Origin: Dehalococcoidia bacterium
Lineage (GTDB): Bacteria; Chloroflexota; Dehalococcoidia; Bin125
Direction: 5' to 3'
DNA: 64,000 nucleotides
NCBI GenBank assembly: GCA_963662615.2
Contig: CAXXSR010000001.1
Location: 1,472,533-1,536,532 of the forward strand
The position numbers and the translations under genes are program-made. Positions 44,349-55,631 of the stretch are shown piece by piece (position 1 is the stretch's first letter; each line of letters starts with the position of its first letter). A model generated the notes under the pieces. That model was not told the DNA's origin. It saw nothing but the letters and a program-made list of their open reading frames with translations, and made no database searches.

Positions 44349-45599
44349 ATGAGGATTCGCTGCGTCGCTGGAGCTGGAGCGCTGCTGGCGGCCGGGGCGT
44401 TCCTGCTCGCCGGCTGTGGCGGCGACGACGGCCCTCCGGCGCCGGCGCAGGTCGCGGATCTCCCGCCCCCCATCGCTACAGCCGACCGCGCCGCAGATCC
44501 ACAGCCCGAGCCAGCGGTCACGCTGGACCCGCCCCGCGAGCCAACGGCCGCGGCTGACGTCTCGGCTTCGCAGGACGAGCCCACGCCCTCTACCAACACT
44601 GCAGCGGCGGCGGCCGGTCCCGCGGCGCCCGTTGACGAGCCCACGCCCCCCACCGTCGCGGCGGCGGCGGCGGCCGGTCCCGTGGCGCCGGTTGACGATC
44701 CGCCCAACGTAGACAGCGAACAAGCGCCTGAGGCGCCGGCAGCCCAGCCACTAGTCAAGACCGTCGTCCTCGACCCCGGCCATGGCGGCGACGATCCCGG
44801 CGCGGCCGCCTTCGGCGTCGTTGAGCGCGAGTCCAATCTCGATATGGCGCTCCGCGTCGAGCGGCTTCTCGTTGGGGACGGCATCCGCGTGATCCTCACC
44901 CGACATGATGAGGGCCGCGTCACCACACCCGACGCCGCCCTCTCCGAGAGCGGCACGGCTTTCCTGGAAGCGATCGCGGAGCGCTTCGGCCGCGACAACG
45001 TCCGCCTGCGCAGCTTTGCCGTCCGTCGCGCCGACCTGCAGGCCCGCGTCGATATCGCCAATGCGGAGGGCGCCGACCTCTTCGTCTCGATCCATTCCAA
45101 CGGCTCGCCCATCGCGCGCCAAGCCGGCGTTGAGGTCTGGTACGACCCCAATCGCCCCTTCTCGGCGGACAACCTGGTGCTGGCTCAGGCGCTCCAGCGC
45201 CGGGTGGTGGCGGAACTGAGCGCGTACGGCTACACCCCCGCCGACCGCGGCGTGATGGACGACTCTTGCTGGCGCTTCTCGGAGCAGGCGGGGCAGTGCT
45301 TCCCGCTCTTCGTCCTTGGCCCCGCGCGCGTCATCCTGCGCGACGATCTCCGGCGATTCGAGCTGGATCCGGCGGCGCTGGGCCTGCCGCCGGATCAGGA
45401 GATCGTCTACGTCCCCCGCGCCACGCAGATGCCGGCCGCGTTGGTGGAGCTGCTCTTCATCAGCAACGAGGACGAAGCCGCGCTGTTGCGTGACGACGCC
45501 GCCCGCGACGCTGCCGCCCGCGGCGTCGCTGAGGCGATCAGGGAGTTCCTGCAGAGCCCCAAGGAGACGGACGCGGCGCCGGCGAACGCCTCCGGCTAG
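44349..45599 (+). CDS. N-acetylmuramoyl-L-alanine amidase (Amidase_3), lipoprotein
   Basis: Lipobox FLLAGCGG. An internal duplicated Pro/Ala linker. VVLDPGHGGDDPGA...ADLFVSIHSN...VELLFISN. Confidence 0.8.
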   Translation: MRIRCVAGAGALLAAGAFLLAGCGGDDGPPAPAQVADLPPPIATADRAADPQPEPAVTLDPPREPTAAADVSASQDEPTPSTNTAAAAAGPAAPVDEPTPPTVAAAAAAGPVAPVDDPPNVDSEQAPEAPAAQPLVKTVVLDPGHGGDDPGAAAFGVVERESNLDMALRVERLLVGDGIRVILTRHDEGRVTTPDAALSESGTAFLEAIAERFGRDNVRLRSFAVRRADLQARVDIANAEGADLFVSIHSNGSPIARQAGVEVWYDPNRPFSADNLVLAQALQRRVVAELSAYGYTPADRGVMDDSCWRFSEQAGQCFPLFVLGPARVILRDDLRRFELDPAALGLPPDQEIVYVPRATQMPAALVELLFISNEDEAALLRDDAARDAAARGVAEAIREFLQSPKETDAAPANASG

Positions 45600-45639
45600 C
45601 GGGCCAGAGCCGGTGCAGGCGGCGGCGCGGCCCGTGCCC

Positions 45640-46014
45640 CTACCCGTCGATGATCACGTGCTCCTCTCCCAACCAGGCGCGGCAGCCCGGGAGGTCCAGG
45701 AAGTTGGGCTCATCCTCCATCAGCATCTGCGTGGCCGCCTGCCCTTCGGGGGTCGCGTGGCCGGCGCGGAACTGCTCCATGCTGTCGTACCAGACCTCCG
45801 CCAGGCCGTCGTACGCCTCCTCCATCCCGCGCAGCTTCGCCATCCGCTCGTTCACCTCGTCATAGGCGGTGTGGACCTGCACGTACCGCCTGACCCCGAA
45901 GGGGCCGGCCGCTTTCGCCTTCACCAGCGGCGCATGCTCCTCCAGCCAGTAGCGCTGGCACTCGGCCCGCGTCATGCCGGGCTTCCGCCGCATCAGGAAA
46001 ATAAGCTTGATCAC
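45640..46014 (-). CDS. EthD-domain protein
   Basis: MIKLIFLMRRKPGMTRAECQRYWLEEHAPLV...VRRYVQVH is typical of EthD. Confidence 0.65.
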   Translation of the reverse strand: MIKLIFLMRRKPGMTRAECQRYWLEEHAPLVKAKAAGPFGVRRYVQVHTAYDEVNERMAKLRGMEEAYDGLAEVWYDSMEQFRAGHATPEGQAATQMLMEDEPNFLDLPGCRAWLGEEHVIIDG

Positions 46015-46148
46015 GTCATGCCTCCGTCAGCTACAAGGGAACTGCCGCTGCCATGCCGGGGGCATGCTAGCAAGGAGGCGCGTCCGGCCTGCGGGTCGAC
46101 CGGAGCGCCCGCGCAACACCGCCGTCGTGGACGCGCAGACGCCGGCGC

Positions 46149-46856
46149 CTAGAGGATCTCGAATTGCATCTCCACCCTGACGATGATGTCGTCCGTGCCG
46201 GTGAAGATCGGCGTCGCGAACCCCACGTCCGGCGCGGCTTCGAAGGGGACCGCGAACGGGGTAGCGAACCCCACTTCGCGGATGGAGATCGCCCGGCCCA
46301 GCACCACGCCGGCTCGGGCGGCCATGGCCTCAGCCTTGGCAATGGCGTCGTCAATGGCGGAGAGCCGGGCCCGATCCTCCAGGGCGGAGCGGTTGCTGAC
46401 CTGGAAGGCGATGTTGCCCAAGCTCACGAGGTCGCCGCCCGCGCTCACCGCCCTGTCGATGACGGGGCCGACGCTGTCGGTGTCGCGCACCGTGACGCGG
46501 ATGCTGTTGCTGAAGCGGAACCCCACCAGGATGCGCCGGCTGAGGGCGAATTCGTACTCCGGCCGCAAAGAGACGTTGGTCGTGCGGATGTCCTTCACGG
46601 CGACGCCCTCCGCGATGACGGCGTCGATCACATCGTTCATCGCGTTGCTCGCCGTCGTGATCGCCTGGACGGCGCCCAGCTCCAGCGCGCTCACCGTGAT
46701 GTCGATCGTCGCCTCGTCGGGCGTCGCCGTGACGGTCGCGGATCCGGTGACGAAGAGCGCGCCCGGCTCGACCGGCTCGACCGTTTGCGCCTGGGCGCGG
46801 CCGCCGCCCCCAAGCGACAGCAGCAAGCCGCCTACGACGGCGAGCGCCGCCACCAC
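46149..46856 (-). CDS. SIMPL (DUF541/BP26-like) secreted protein
   Basis: Signal-like N-terminus, ...VTGSATVTATPDEATIDITVS..., ...IIVRVEMQFEIL. Confidence 0.7.
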   Translation of the reverse strand: MVAALAVVGGLLLSLGGGGRAQAQTVEPVEPGALFVTGSATVTATPDEATIDITVSALELGAVQAITTASNAMNDVIDAVIAEGVAVKDIRTTNVSLRPEYEFALSRRILVGFRFSNSIRVTVRDTDSVGPVIDRAVSAGGDLVSLGNIAFQVSNRSALEDRARLSAIDDAIAKAEAMAARAGVVLGRAISIREVGFATPFAVPFEAAPDVGFATPIFTGTDDIIVRVEMQFEIL

Positions 46857-47068
46857 TGCAGTAATTCCAGCGAGTCGATTTTCATCGTGTTCCTCCCGCC
46901 CGTTTCGGGCTCTGTGTAGCTAGACGCCGGCAGAGGCCGTTCTGTTCCTGGCCTCCGGCGTCGCGGCGAACAGACGCGAGGCTAGGGCTGAAAGCAGATC
47001 CGGGGAAGAGCGTCAGGGGCCGTGCGCCAGCCGAAGCGACGCGTACCGGCGGCAAGCGACGCCCGGAA

Positions 47069-48352
47069 CTACTCCGCGACAACCCGCAGCCAGCGCCGAG
47101 TCCCCACCTTGATCACACTGCCGGGCTTGAGCCTGACTTCGGCCGCACCCTCAGTGCTGCCGTCCAGTTCCACCGACCCCTGCTTGAGGAGCCGTTTGAC
47201 CTCACTCTTACTGCTTACGACGCCCGCGCTGGTCAGCAGCTCGGGCAGCGAGACAGCGGCCAGTTCGCCTTCGAATGGCACTGCGATCTCGGGAATATCA
47301 TCCGGGACCTCACCGCCCGAAAACACACGAGCGAAGTTTTGCGAAGCCGCGTCCGCCGCCACCTCCCCGTGCCACTCCGACACGATGACGTGCGCCAGCC
47401 GCTTCTTCGCCTCCATGGGGTGGAGCGTGCCGTCGTGGCGCGCCTTCTCGACCGCGTCCACCTCGTCGGCGGGCAGATTGGTGGCCAGCGTGAAGAATTC
47501 GCTGAGGGCGCCGTCCGGGATCGACATCGTCTTGCCGTACTGCTCGTCGGGCGGCTCGTTGATGGCGATGTGGTTGCCGGCGCTCTTCGACATCCGCTCC
47601 TTGCCGTCCAGGCCAACCAGGATCGGAAAGGTCACCACGATCTGCGCTCGCTGGCCGTAGGCGCGTTGCAGGATTCGCCCCGCCATGATGTTGAACGTCT
47701 GGTCGGTCCCGCCGATCTGCACGTCCGTCTCCAGCGCGTAGGCGTCGTAGGCCTGCATGAGGCCGTACATGAACTCGTGCACGTAGACGGGGTCGCCACG
47801 GTCCAGCCGCTTGCGAAACGTGTCGCGCTCAATGAACTGTGCCACGGTGAACTTGCTGGCCAGCCCGATCACGTCCTGGAAGGTCAGCGCGCTCAGCCAC
47901 TCGCTGTTGCGGCGCACTTCGGTGCGGTCCCGGTCGAGCACCTTGAACGCCTGTTCCTGGTAGGTACGCGCGTTCTCCGCCAGCGTGGCCGCCGTCAGCA
48001 TGGGTCGCAGCGACTCCTTGTCGGACGGATCGCCCACCAGCCCGGTGAAGTCACCGATGAGCAAGATCGCCTGGTGCCCCAGATCCTGGAATGTGCGCAG
48101 CTTGCGCAGGCCCACGCAATGGCCCAGGTGGAGGTCGGGAGCAGTAGGATCGACGCCGAGGTACACGCGCAGCGGCTGCCCGCTCTGAAGCGACTCCGCC
48201 AGCCGCTCCCGCAGCTCCCGCTGCATGGTGGCGCGTGTCTGCTCGTCCCCGAAGGCGGTGCCGCGCATGATCGCCGCCTGCTGGCGGTCCACTTCGCGGG
48301 CTTGCGCCGGCGACAGCGAGGGATCGGGCAGGGGGCGGTCGCCCGCCGTCAC
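47069..48352 (-). CDS. tyrS: tyrosine--tRNA ligase
   Basis: HIGH-type DLHLGHCVG, KMSKS, and a C-terminal S4-like domain. Confidence 0.9.
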   Translation of the reverse strand: MTAGDRPLPDPSLSPAQAREVDRQQAAIMRGTAFGDEQTRATMQRELRERLAESLQSGQPLRVYLGVDPTAPDLHLGHCVGLRKLRTFQDLGHQAILLIGDFTGLVGDPSDKESLRPMLTAATLAENARTYQEQAFKVLDRDRTEVRRNSEWLSALTFQDVIGLASKFTVAQFIERDTFRKRLDRGDPVYVHEFMYGLMQAYDAYALETDVQIGGTDQTFNIMAGRILQRAYGQRAQIVVTFPILVGLDGKERMSKSAGNHIAINEPPDEQYGKTMSIPDGALSEFFTLATNLPADEVDAVEKARHDGTLHPMEAKKRLAHVIVSEWHGEVAADAASQNFARVFSGGEVPDDIPEIAVPFEGELAAVSLPELLTSAGVVSSKSEVKRLLKQGSVELDGSTEGAAEVRLKPGSVIKVGTRRWLRVVAE

Positions 48353-49308
48353 GGCGCCGAACTCTCCGCCGTGAGCGAAGTCAACTCCGCGCGAGCAGCA
48401 TCGCAGTCCTTGCGGATCTGCGCCTTGAGCGCGTCAGGCCCGTCGAACTTGACCTCGCCGCGCAGCCGACGGGTCAGCTCCACCCGCAGGTCACGGCCGT
48501 AGAGATCGCCCTCAAAGTCCAGCAGGTGACACTCCACGGTCATGGCGTCGCCTTCGCCGAAGGTCGGCCGCACGCCGATGTTCGTGACGGAGGGGTAGGT
48601 GCGCCCGCCGACATGCGCGATCGTCGCGTAGACACCGGCGGCCGGAAGGGCGCGATCCGCCCCCACGGCGACGTTCGCCGTGGGAAAGCCAATCGAACGG
48701 CCCCGCTCCAGGCCCAGGACCACAGGGCCGTGCAGCGAGAAGCGCCGGCCCAACAGGGAACTGACGCGGCCGATGTCGCCGGTTGCCAGAGCGCCGCGGA
48801 TGTCGGTGGAGGAGACCCGCCCGGAATCATCCTGGAGGAACTCGATCACCTCCACGCCAAAGCCCAGCTCGTCGCCGAGCGCCCGCAGCGTCGCCACGTC
48901 GCCGCCGCGCCCGCGGCCCAAAGCGAAGTCCGGGCCCACCACCAGCAGCGCCAGCTGCAGCTCTTCTTTCAGCAGGCGCACGAAATCCGGCGCGTCCGAC
49001 TGCGCCAGCTCGGAGGTGAACGTCACCTGCGCCACGCTCGCCACGCCGCTGTGCATCAGCAGGTCCAGCCGATCCTCCAGGCTGGTGAGGTACTGCAGGG
49101 GGAGATCGGGGCGGATGACTTGGCGCGGGTTGGGGTGGAAGGTGACGACGACGGCCGCGAGGCTGTCGCGATCGGCGCGGGCGCGCAACCGTTCCAGGAG
49201 CGCCTGATGCCCGCGATGGACACCGTCGAAGACGCCGATCGTCACCGCCGTGGGGCGCCCCACCGCCGCGCGGCGCAGCTCTTCTCGAGCCAGCGCGGTG
49301 ACCACCAA
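48349..49308 (-). CDS. ribF: bifunctional riboflavin kinase / FMN adenylyltransferase
   Basis: IGVFDGVHRGHQALL... in the N-terminus and GFPTANV... in the C-terminal kinase part. 4-nt overlap with tyrS. Confidence 0.9.
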   Translation of the reverse strand: MVVTALAREELRRAAVGRPTAVTIGVFDGVHRGHQALLERLRARADRDSLAAVVVTFHPNPRQVIRPDLPLQYLTSLEDRLDLLMHSGVASVAQVTFTSELAQSDAPDFVRLLKEELQLALLVVGPDFALGRGRGGDVATLRALGDELGFGVEVIEFLQDDSGRVSSTDIRGALATGDIGRVSSLLGRRFSLHGPVVLGLERGRSIGFPTANVAVGADRALPAAGVYATIAHVGGRTYPSVTNIGVRPTFGEGDAMTVECHLLDFEGDLYGRDLRVELTRRLRGEVKFDGPDALKAQIRKDCDAARAELTSLTAESSAP

Positions 49309-49373
49309 TCGGCTCTCCGCCAGAACCGCGCCTACGGACGCGGGCTCAGCCTACCACGGCGTCTGGGCGCGAC

Positions 49374-50138
49374 TCAGTCAGCGCCACCGACCCGCGCCGC
49401 GCTTGCCTTCGGCACGACGAGGATGTCGCCATACACCTCGGCCTGTCGCATCTCAATCTCGCGTGATTTGTACATCTCCAAGATCGCCAGGAACGTCACG
49501 ATGACGTCCACTCGCGTCCGCGCTTCCGCGATCCAGGCGCGGAAGGAGACGGGTTGGCCACCACGCAGCCGTCGCTGGAGATCCGCGATCTTGTCCTTGA
49601 CGGTGAGCGGTTCGCGCTCAAGCTTGACCTCGGGGGCACGTTTCGCCTGCTGGTCGGCGCGAGCGAGCGCCTCGCGCACCAGCTTGCTGAGGAGGTCCAG
49701 CGTGACGGAGTCGGGCAGGCCCGCCGGCGGCGCCGTCTGCACGGGAGGCGGCGCTCCCGGCCGGAATGAGCGGAGCCCGCTGCGGTCAATGGTGCCCAAC
49801 ACAGTCACCGTCTCCCGGTAGCGGCGGTACTCCTCCAGCATCTCCACCAGCTCGCGGCCAACGTCGTCGTCGTCCTCCTCCAGCGAGTCGGACTCCACTT
49901 CGCGCGGGAGCATGGCCCGCGACTTCAGCAACATGAGCTTGCCGCCGATGACGATGAACTCGCCCAGAGAGTCGGCGAGGTCGCCCGCGCCCCGCGCCTT
50001 CAACTGCTCCATGTGCTCCATGTACTGATCCGTGACCTGAACCAGCGAGAGCTCGGAAACGTCCAGCTCCTTCTCTTCAATGAGCTGAAGCAGCAGCGCG
50101 AGCGGGCCATCATAGCCGGGCAGGTGGAGCTGCACCAT
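49374..50138 (-). CDS. scpA: segregation and condensation protein A
   Basis: MVQLHLPGYDGPLALLLQLIEEKELDVSELSLVQVTDQYMEHM. I prefer the ATG 50138 start over 50267. Confidence 0.8.
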   Translation of the reverse strand: MVQLHLPGYDGPLALLLQLIEEKELDVSELSLVQVTDQYMEHMEQLKARGAGDLADSLGEFIVIGGKLMLLKSRAMLPREVESDSLEEDDDDVGRELVEMLEEYRRYRETVTVLGTIDRSGLRSFRPGAPPPVQTAPPAGLPDSVTLDLLSKLVREALARADQQAKRAPEVKLEREPLTVKDKIADLQRRLRGGQPVSFRAWIAEARTRVDVIVTFLAILEMYKSREIEMRQAEVYGDILVVPKASAARVGGAD

Positions 50139-50232
50139 CCTTCTGAGGGTACACGCTGCCTGCGGCGACCGCCCCTTCCTGGCGGCGGCAGCGCCGCCCG
50201 CTTTTGTGGCTGCGAGCCCCGGGCGGCGCCGG

Positions 50233-51282
50233 CTACGCCCTGGCGCCCGCCAGCGGCCGCGGCGCAAGCGACCGCCCCAACACCTCCGCGATCGGCTGCA
50301 GGCCGCCCATGAGACGGTCGAAGTTCTCGAAGGTGAGCGACTGCGCCCCGTCGGAGAGGGCGTGGTCGGGGCTGGGGTGCACCTCCACCATGATGCCGTC
50401 GGCGCCCACAGCCACCGACGCCCTGGCCATGGGCTCGACGAGCTGCCAGCGGCCGGTGCCGTGGCTGGGGTCGCTGATCACGGGCAGGTGGCTGAGCCCC
50501 TTCACCAGGGCAATGCCGGCAAGGTCCAGCGTGTTGCGCGTCGCGGTCTCGAACGTGCGGATCCCGCGCTCGCAGAGGATCACCTCGTGATTGCCCTTGG
50601 ACATGACGTACTCGGCGGCAAGGAGCCACTCCTCAATGGTGCCGCTGAGGCCACGTTTCAGCATGACGGGCTTGCGCACCATCCCCACCTCATCCAGCAG
50701 GACGAAGTTCTGCATGTTGCGCGCGCCGACCTGGAGAATGTCGGCGTAGCTTGCCACCAGGCCCACGTCGCTGACGGCCATGACCTCCGTGATGACCGGC
50801 AGCCCGGTCTCGTCGCGGGCGGTGGCGAGGTGCTTCAGCCCTTCTTCGCCCAGTCCGCGGAAGGCGTAGGGCGAGGTGCGCGGCTTGAAAGCGCCGCCGC
50901 GGAGGACATGCGCCCCCGACGCGGCGACCGCCTTCGCCGTCTCGACCAGCTGCTCTTCGCTCTCAATGCTGCACGGGCCGGCCATGACCACGACGCGGCC
51001 GTCGCCAATGCGCACTCCCCCCACTTCAATCACGGTGTCGCTCGGTTTGAACTCGCGGCCGGAGAGCTTGTAGGGCCGGCTGATCGGGACCACCGAGTCA
51101 ACACCGCGCATGGTGCCAATGGCGGTGCGGATCTCGGGATCCGTCACCCGTCCCACGGCGCCAATCACCGTGCGCTCCGCCCCGGCGGACAGGTGGCCTT
51201 GGAGGTTGGCCTCCTTGAGCCGCGCCAGGACGGACTCAATCTCAGCCTCGGTCGCGTCGGTTCGCATGACAACGAGCATCAA
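50233..51282 (-). CDS. aroF: 3-deoxy-7-phosphoheptulonate (DAHP) synthase, type I-beta with N-terminal regulatory domain
   Basis: N-terminal ACT/FL-like [21 protein letters not shown], then [15 protein letters not shown]...[13 protein letters not shown]... Confidence 0.85.
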   Translation of the reverse strand: MMLVVMRTDATEAEIESVLARLKEANLQGHLSAGAERTVIGAVGRVTDPEIRTAIGTMRGVDSVVPISRPYKLSGREFKPSDTVIEVGGVRIGDGRVVVMAGPCSIESEEQLVETAKAVAASGAHVLRGGAFKPRTSPYAFRGLGEEGLKHLATARDETGLPVITEVMAVSDVGLVASYADILQVGARNMQNFVLLDEVGMVRKPVMLKRGLSGTIEEWLLAAEYVMSKGNHEVILCERGIRTFETATRNTLDLAGIALVKGLSHLPVISDPSHGTGRWQLVEPMARASVAVGADGIMVEVHPSPDHALSDGAQSLTFENFDRLMGGLQPIAEVLGRSLAPRPLAGARA

Positions 51283-51294
51283 TAACCCTCGCTT

Positions 51295-51696
51295 TCAGTG
51301 GAGGTCGCGGTCGGCCTCCGCGACGTCCGGCCGCAGAACGGTGGCGCCGCGCAGGTAGACGTGGTGGATCTGATCCTGCCGCCGTTGCGTGTTCACATGC
51401 AGAAGGATGCGCAAGCAGCGCCGGAGGCTGCCGGGGACGTCCATCTCGTGGGAGCAGAGGAGAGCGACGTTATCCCAGCCGAAGACGTCGCGGGCCGCCA
51501 CGGCGGGAAACTCCGCATCCAGGTCCCGCGTGGTGCTGAACCAGGCGGAGGCGATGTCATCGCGCTCGACGCTGTTGCGCCGGATCATCTCCGCCAACAG
51601 GTCGCGCGTCGCGGCCAGGATGGCCTCTCGCGTGTTCTGCTCTGCTGTCGTCGCGCCACGGATGCCGCGGACGCGCCAAGCGGCGGCCTCTGCCAC
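51295..51696 (-). CDS. aroH: chorismate mutase, AroH class
   Basis: [26 protein letters not shown]...FPAVAARD...[13 protein letters not shown]. Confidence 0.8.
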   Translation of the reverse strand: MAEAAAWRVRGIRGATTAEQNTREAILAATRDLLAEMIRRNSVERDDIASAWFSTTRDLDAEFPAVAARDVFGWDNVALLCSHEMDVPGSLRRCLRILLHVNTQRRQDQIHHVYLRGATVLRPDVAEADRDLH

Positions 51697-51846
51697 GGTT
51701 TGCTTGCCTCAGCCTCTGTGTCGAACGGAACGGCCGGCGTCCTTCGCCGTGGAAGGACGATCTACGAGCGACCGGCCCAAACGGCCCGGCCGCGGAGGGA
51801 TAGATCAGTGCGAGGGCGACGGTGCTCGAACGCTGTGGGCGAGGCA

Positions 51847-52683
51847 TCATCGCTCTCTGTCTTCCCTCCGACGGCCGGAAATCACCTCAGCAACTTGCTG
51901 CAGTGCCGCTGCTCGGTCGGCGGGGGGCGCCTGCTCGATCACCGACACGAGAGCGCTCCCCATAACCGCAGCCTCACATAATTTGCCGATCGTTTCAACC
52001 TGTCGCCGGTTCGAGAGGCCGAATCCCAACGCTAGCGGGAGGTCCGTGCCACGGCGCACGCGCGTCACGAACTCCACCAGATCGGGAGGAAGCGCCTCTC
52101 GCACCCCGGTCACCCCCGTCACGCTGACCAGATAGAGAAAGCCGCCGGCACGCTCCGCGACTGCTTTAATCCGCACTTCTGTGCTGGTGGGCGCGAGCAG
52201 ATAGATCAGCTCCAGATCCCGCGCGCGCAGCGCGGCGCGCACACCGTCAGATTCCTCCGGCGGCAGATCCACAATGATGAGACCGTCGGCGCCGGCGGCG
52301 GCGGCATCGTCCGTCAGGCGCTCGATGGCGTCGGCGTCTTGTCCGCGCGCGCGACCGTAGGACAGAAACGGGTTGAGATAGCCCATCAAGGTGATAGGCA
52401 CATCGACGCCCTCGGCGCGCAGCTCGGACACCGTCTTCAGAATGAAGGCCAAGTTGGCGCCCTGTTGCAGAGCGACGGCGCTGGCGCGCTGAATGGTGGG
52501 CCCATCGGCCAGGGGGTCGCTGAAGGGCACGCCCACCTCCAAGGCGCCGGCGCCACCGCGCACCAGCGCTGCCAGCAGCGGTCGCGTCTCTTCCAGGCTG
52601 GGAAACCCCGCCGTCAGATAGGGCATGAAGAGCGTCTCGCCGCGTGCCTTCGCCGCCGCGAAGGCGGCCGCGTAGCGGCTCAT
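51847..52683 (-). CDS. trpA: tryptophan synthase alpha chain
   Basis: FMPYLTAGFPS...LEVGVPFSDPLADGPTIQ...GFGLS. Confidence 0.9.
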   Translation of the reverse strand: MSRYAAAFAAAKARGETLFMPYLTAGFPSLEETRPLLAALVRGGAGALEVGVPFSDPLADGPTIQRASAVALQQGANLAFILKTVSELRAEGVDVPITLMGYLNPFLSYGRARGQDADAIERLTDDAAAAGADGLIIVDLPPEESDGVRAALRARDLELIYLLAPTSTEVRIKAVAERAGGFLYLVSVTGVTGVREALPPDLVEFVTRVRRGTDLPLALGFGLSNRRQVETIGKLCEAAVMGSALVSVIEQAPPADRAAALQQVAEVISGRRREDRER

Positions 52684-53615
52684 CCGACGCCCTGATCGGC
52701 GACGATGGCGGAGAAGGCGATGGCGTTGAAGAGGAAATGGGCGATCACCGAACTGAAAAGATTGCCGGAGCGGAGGTAGACGAAGGCGAAGACGGCCCCG
52801 ATCAGGGCAAAGGGGATCAGGCTGCCAACATCCAGATGGACGGCGGCGAACAGGGCCGAGCTGACCAGCACGGCCGGCAGGATGCTCCAGCGTCGAGCGA
52901 TTCCCCGCACGAGAAAACCGCGGTAGAAAAGCTCCTCCGCGAGTGGCGCCACGATCACTGTCAAGATCCCCGTCAGGACGACCAGGGGAATGTGGTCGTA
53001 GATCACGTCGTCATCGATCGTGGAGACCGGCTCCAGCGCGTCGGCGTTGATCAGATCGACCACGCCCGCGTAGATCCCCAGCACCACGTAGGCCATCCCC
53101 AACCCCGCCAGTCCCCAGCCGACGGCAAGCAGAGAGGGGCGGCGCACGCCCAATGCGGCCAGTGCGGGACGGCGACCGCCGAGGACCCACACAGGGATGA
53201 GGACGAACGCGACCGCGTCGACGACGAGCGTGACGATGAGAGCCACGAGCGTCTCCGCCTCGTCGCTGGGATCGGACACGACCGCCAACAGCACTCCGAA
53301 CGCCACCAGCGGCAGAAGCAGGAACGCCGCCAGCGCCCAGGCGAAGCCCACGAAGACCGTGTTGCGCTGAAAGCCCTGCCCCAGAGCGGTGGCGGCCTTG
53401 CCCTCTGGCCGCTCCACCTGCCAGGGCCAGTCGGGCTCGGGGCGACCGGAGGAGGGCGGTCTCTGCCGGCGCCACGGCCGCCGGGCGCCCCGCGCTGCGG
53501 AAGACGCTTCTCCCCAGCGCAGGCCGCCCGGCGGCTCTCCGCGGCCCCCGCGCAGATAGGCGTCCGGCGACGGCGGATTCGGAGGGGGCGGGCCGCCGTC
53601 AGAGTCGCTCATCAC
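52680..53615 (-). CDS. CPBP-family intramembrane glutamic endopeptidase embedded in the trp operon
   Basis: PLAEELFYRGF, LFAAVH and AHFLFN motifs; multi-TM. The stop overlaps the trpA start by 4 nt. Confidence 0.7.
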   Translation of the reverse strand: MMSDSDGGPPPPNPPSPDAYLRGGRGEPPGGLRWGEASSAARGARRPWRRQRPPSSGRPEPDWPWQVERPEGKAATALGQGFQRNTVFVGFAWALAAFLLLPLVAFGVLLAVVSDPSDEAETLVALIVTLVVDAVAFVLIPVWVLGGRRPALAALGVRRPSLLAVGWGLAGLGMAYVVLGIYAGVVDLINADALEPVSTIDDDVIYDHIPLVVLTGILTVIVAPLAEELFYRGFLVRGIARRWSILPAVLVSSALFAAVHLDVGSLIPFALIGAVFAFVYLRSGNLFSSVIAHFLFNAIAFSAIVADQGVG

Positions 53616-53654
53616 GCTTCGAGCGTATCAGGGCGTCGTCGTCGCAGCGGCGGC

Positions 53655-54881
53655 TTACAGCTCCAGACCGCGTGCGGCGAGCGCCTCGCGAACGATGTCG
53701 ATGTCCTTGTCGCCGCGCCCGCTCAGCCCTACGAGGACGATCGCGTCGGCGGACAGCGTGGGCATCAGCTTGGACAGGTAGGCGATGGCGTGGCTCGGCT
53801 CCAGGGCGGGCACGATGCCCTCTGTCCGGCAGAGGAGCTGGAAGCCATCCAGCGCCTCGTCGTCGGTAACGGCGACGTACTCCGCCCGTCCCGACTCCTT
53901 GAGCCAGGCGTGCTCGGGCCCCACGCCGGGATAGTCGAGGCCGGCGCTGATGCTGTGCGCCTCCTGCACTTGGCCCTCGTCGTCCTGGAGGAGGTAGGTG
54001 TGGGTTCCGTGCAGCACGCCGGGGCGGCCAAGGACGAGGGTGGCCGCGTTGCGACGGTCGAGGCCCTCGCCGGCCGCTTCCACCCCAATCAGCCGCACGC
54101 CGTCGTCCCTGAACGGGTGGAAAAGGCCAATGGCGTTGCTGCCGCCGCCCACGCAGGCGAGGGCCACGTCCGGCAGCCGCCCGGTTGCCTTTTGCAGTTG
54201 CTCCTTCGCCTCCAGCCCAATCACGGACTGCAGCCCCCGCACGATGTCGGGGTAGGGCGCGGGACCGATGGCGCTGCCGATCACGTAGTGGGTGTCGCGC
54301 ACGTTCGTGACCCAATCGCGGATCGTCTCGTTGATGGCGTCCTTGAGCGTGCGGGAGCCGGAATCGACGGGACGCACCTCCGCGCCCAGCAGACGCATGC
54401 GAAAGACGTTGAGCGATTGGCGCCGCACGTCCTCCGTGCCCATGTAGATCACGCAGTCCAGCCCAAACTTGGCGCAGGCGGTGGCCGTCGCGACGCCGTG
54501 CTGACCCGCGCCCGTCTCCGCAATGATCCGGCGCTTGCCCATCCGCTGGGCCAGGAGCACCTGGCCCAGGGCGTTGTTGATCTTGTGCGCGCCCGTATGC
54601 GCCAGGTCCTCGCGCTTGAGGAAGATCCGCGGCCCGGCGCCGCCGGCGATCAGGTGCTCGCTCAGGCGCTGCGCGTACGTCAGCGGGGTGGGCCGACCGG
54701 CGTATTCGCGCAGCAGCACGTCGAGCTCGCGCTGGAATGCGGAGTCGCTTTCGGCGTCGCGCCACGCCGCTTCCAGTTCCGCCAGTGCCGGCATCAGGGT
54801 CTCCGGGACGAACTGGCCGCCGAATTCGCCAAAGCGCCCGGCCGACGCCCGCTCGCCTTCGCGCTTGGAGAGGACGCTCAC
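53655..54881 (-). CDS. trpB: tryptophan synthase beta chain
   Basis: [15 protein letters not shown]..., [16 protein letters not shown]..., [12 protein letters not shown]..., GGGSNAIG. Confidence 0.95.
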   Translation of the reverse strand: MSVLSKREGERASAGRFGEFGGQFVPETLMPALAELEAAWRDAESDSAFQRELDVLLREYAGRPTPLTYAQRLSEHLIAGGAGPRIFLKREDLAHTGAHKINNALGQVLLAQRMGKRRIIAETGAGQHGVATATACAKFGLDCVIYMGTEDVRRQSLNVFRMRLLGAEVRPVDSGSRTLKDAINETIRDWVTNVRDTHYVIGSAIGPAPYPDIVRGLQSVIGLEAKEQLQKATGRLPDVALACVGGGSNAIGLFHPFRDDGVRLIGVEAAGEGLDRRNAATLVLGRPGVLHGTHTYLLQDDEGQVQEAHSISAGLDYPGVGPEHAWLKESGRAEYVAVTDDEALDGFQLLCRTEGIVPALEPSHAIAYLSKLMPTLSADAIVLVGLSGRGDKDIDIVREALAARGLEL

Positions 54882-55627
54882 GACGAGGCTCCAGTCTGAT
54901 TCCCAATCGCGTCGCGCGCCGCTGCCCGCGCCGCCCCAATGAAGGCGCGGATCTTCTCGGGATCCTTGCGCCCGTCCGTCTCCACCCCGGAGGAGACGTC
55001 CAGCGCCCAGGGCTGCACCTGCCGCACGGCCTCGCCGACGTTGGCCGCCACCAGCCCCCCCGCCAGCATCACGGGCCGGCCGCGCGCTACCGCCGCCGCG
55101 ACGGACCAGTCGAAGGGGGCGCCGCTGCCGCCGCCCGTCGGCGATTTCGTGTCGAGCAGGATGACGGTCTGCGGTGGTCGCGCGACGGCGGCGCGCACCG
55201 CATCGACACCAGTGCCGGGCCCCACGTGAACAGTGCGGATGACCGGCCGCATGATGCGCCCCGCTAACGACGGGTGCTCGCCGCCGCTGAGCTGCACGAG
55301 ATCGAGGTCGACGGCAGCGATGATGCGATTGATCTCGTCGGGCGTCTGTCGGACAAAGACGCCCACCAGCAGCGGGCGGCCGGCCCGATCGATGGCCGCG
55401 GCAAAGGATTGGGCATCGGACTCGAACAGCTCGATCCGCGGGCCCACGACGTCCCGGATCGCTCCTGCCTCTTGCACAGAGACTTGCCGCCGGCTCTTGG
55501 CGAAGACCACGCCCAGGAAGTCCGCCCCGGCGTCCATGGCGACGCCTGCGTGCTCGGGCTCGCGCAGCCCGCAGATCTTCACGCGGATCTCGCTCGCCGT
55601 CGCATCACCAGTCGCGAAAGGCGCCAC
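54878..55627 (-). CDS. trpF: phosphoribosylanthranilate isomerase
   Basis: VKICGL...ADFLGVVF...LSGGE...LAGGL. 4-nt overlap with trpB. Confidence 0.85.
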   Translation of the reverse strand: MAPFATGDATASEIRVKICGLREPEHAGVAMDAGADFLGVVFAKSRRQVSVQEAGAIRDVVGPRIELFESDAQSFAAAIDRAGRPLLVGVFVRQTPDEINRIIAAVDLDLVQLSGGEHPSLAGRIMRPVIRTVHVGPGTGVDAVRAAVARPPQTVILLDTKSPTGGGSGAPFDWSVAAAVARGRPVMLAGGLVAANVGEAVRQVQPWALDVSSGVETDGRKDPEKIRAFIGAARAAARDAIGNQTGASS

Positions 55628-55631
55628 GGAT

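Noticed and set aside
46921-46965. Long imperfect inverted repeat GACGCCGGCAGAGGCC...GGCCTCCGGCGTC between tyrS and the SIMPL gene as an intrinsic terminator
   Set aside because: There is no U-run on the relevant (minus) strand after the hairpin. It may still be a structural or REP-like element, but I cannot call it a terminator.
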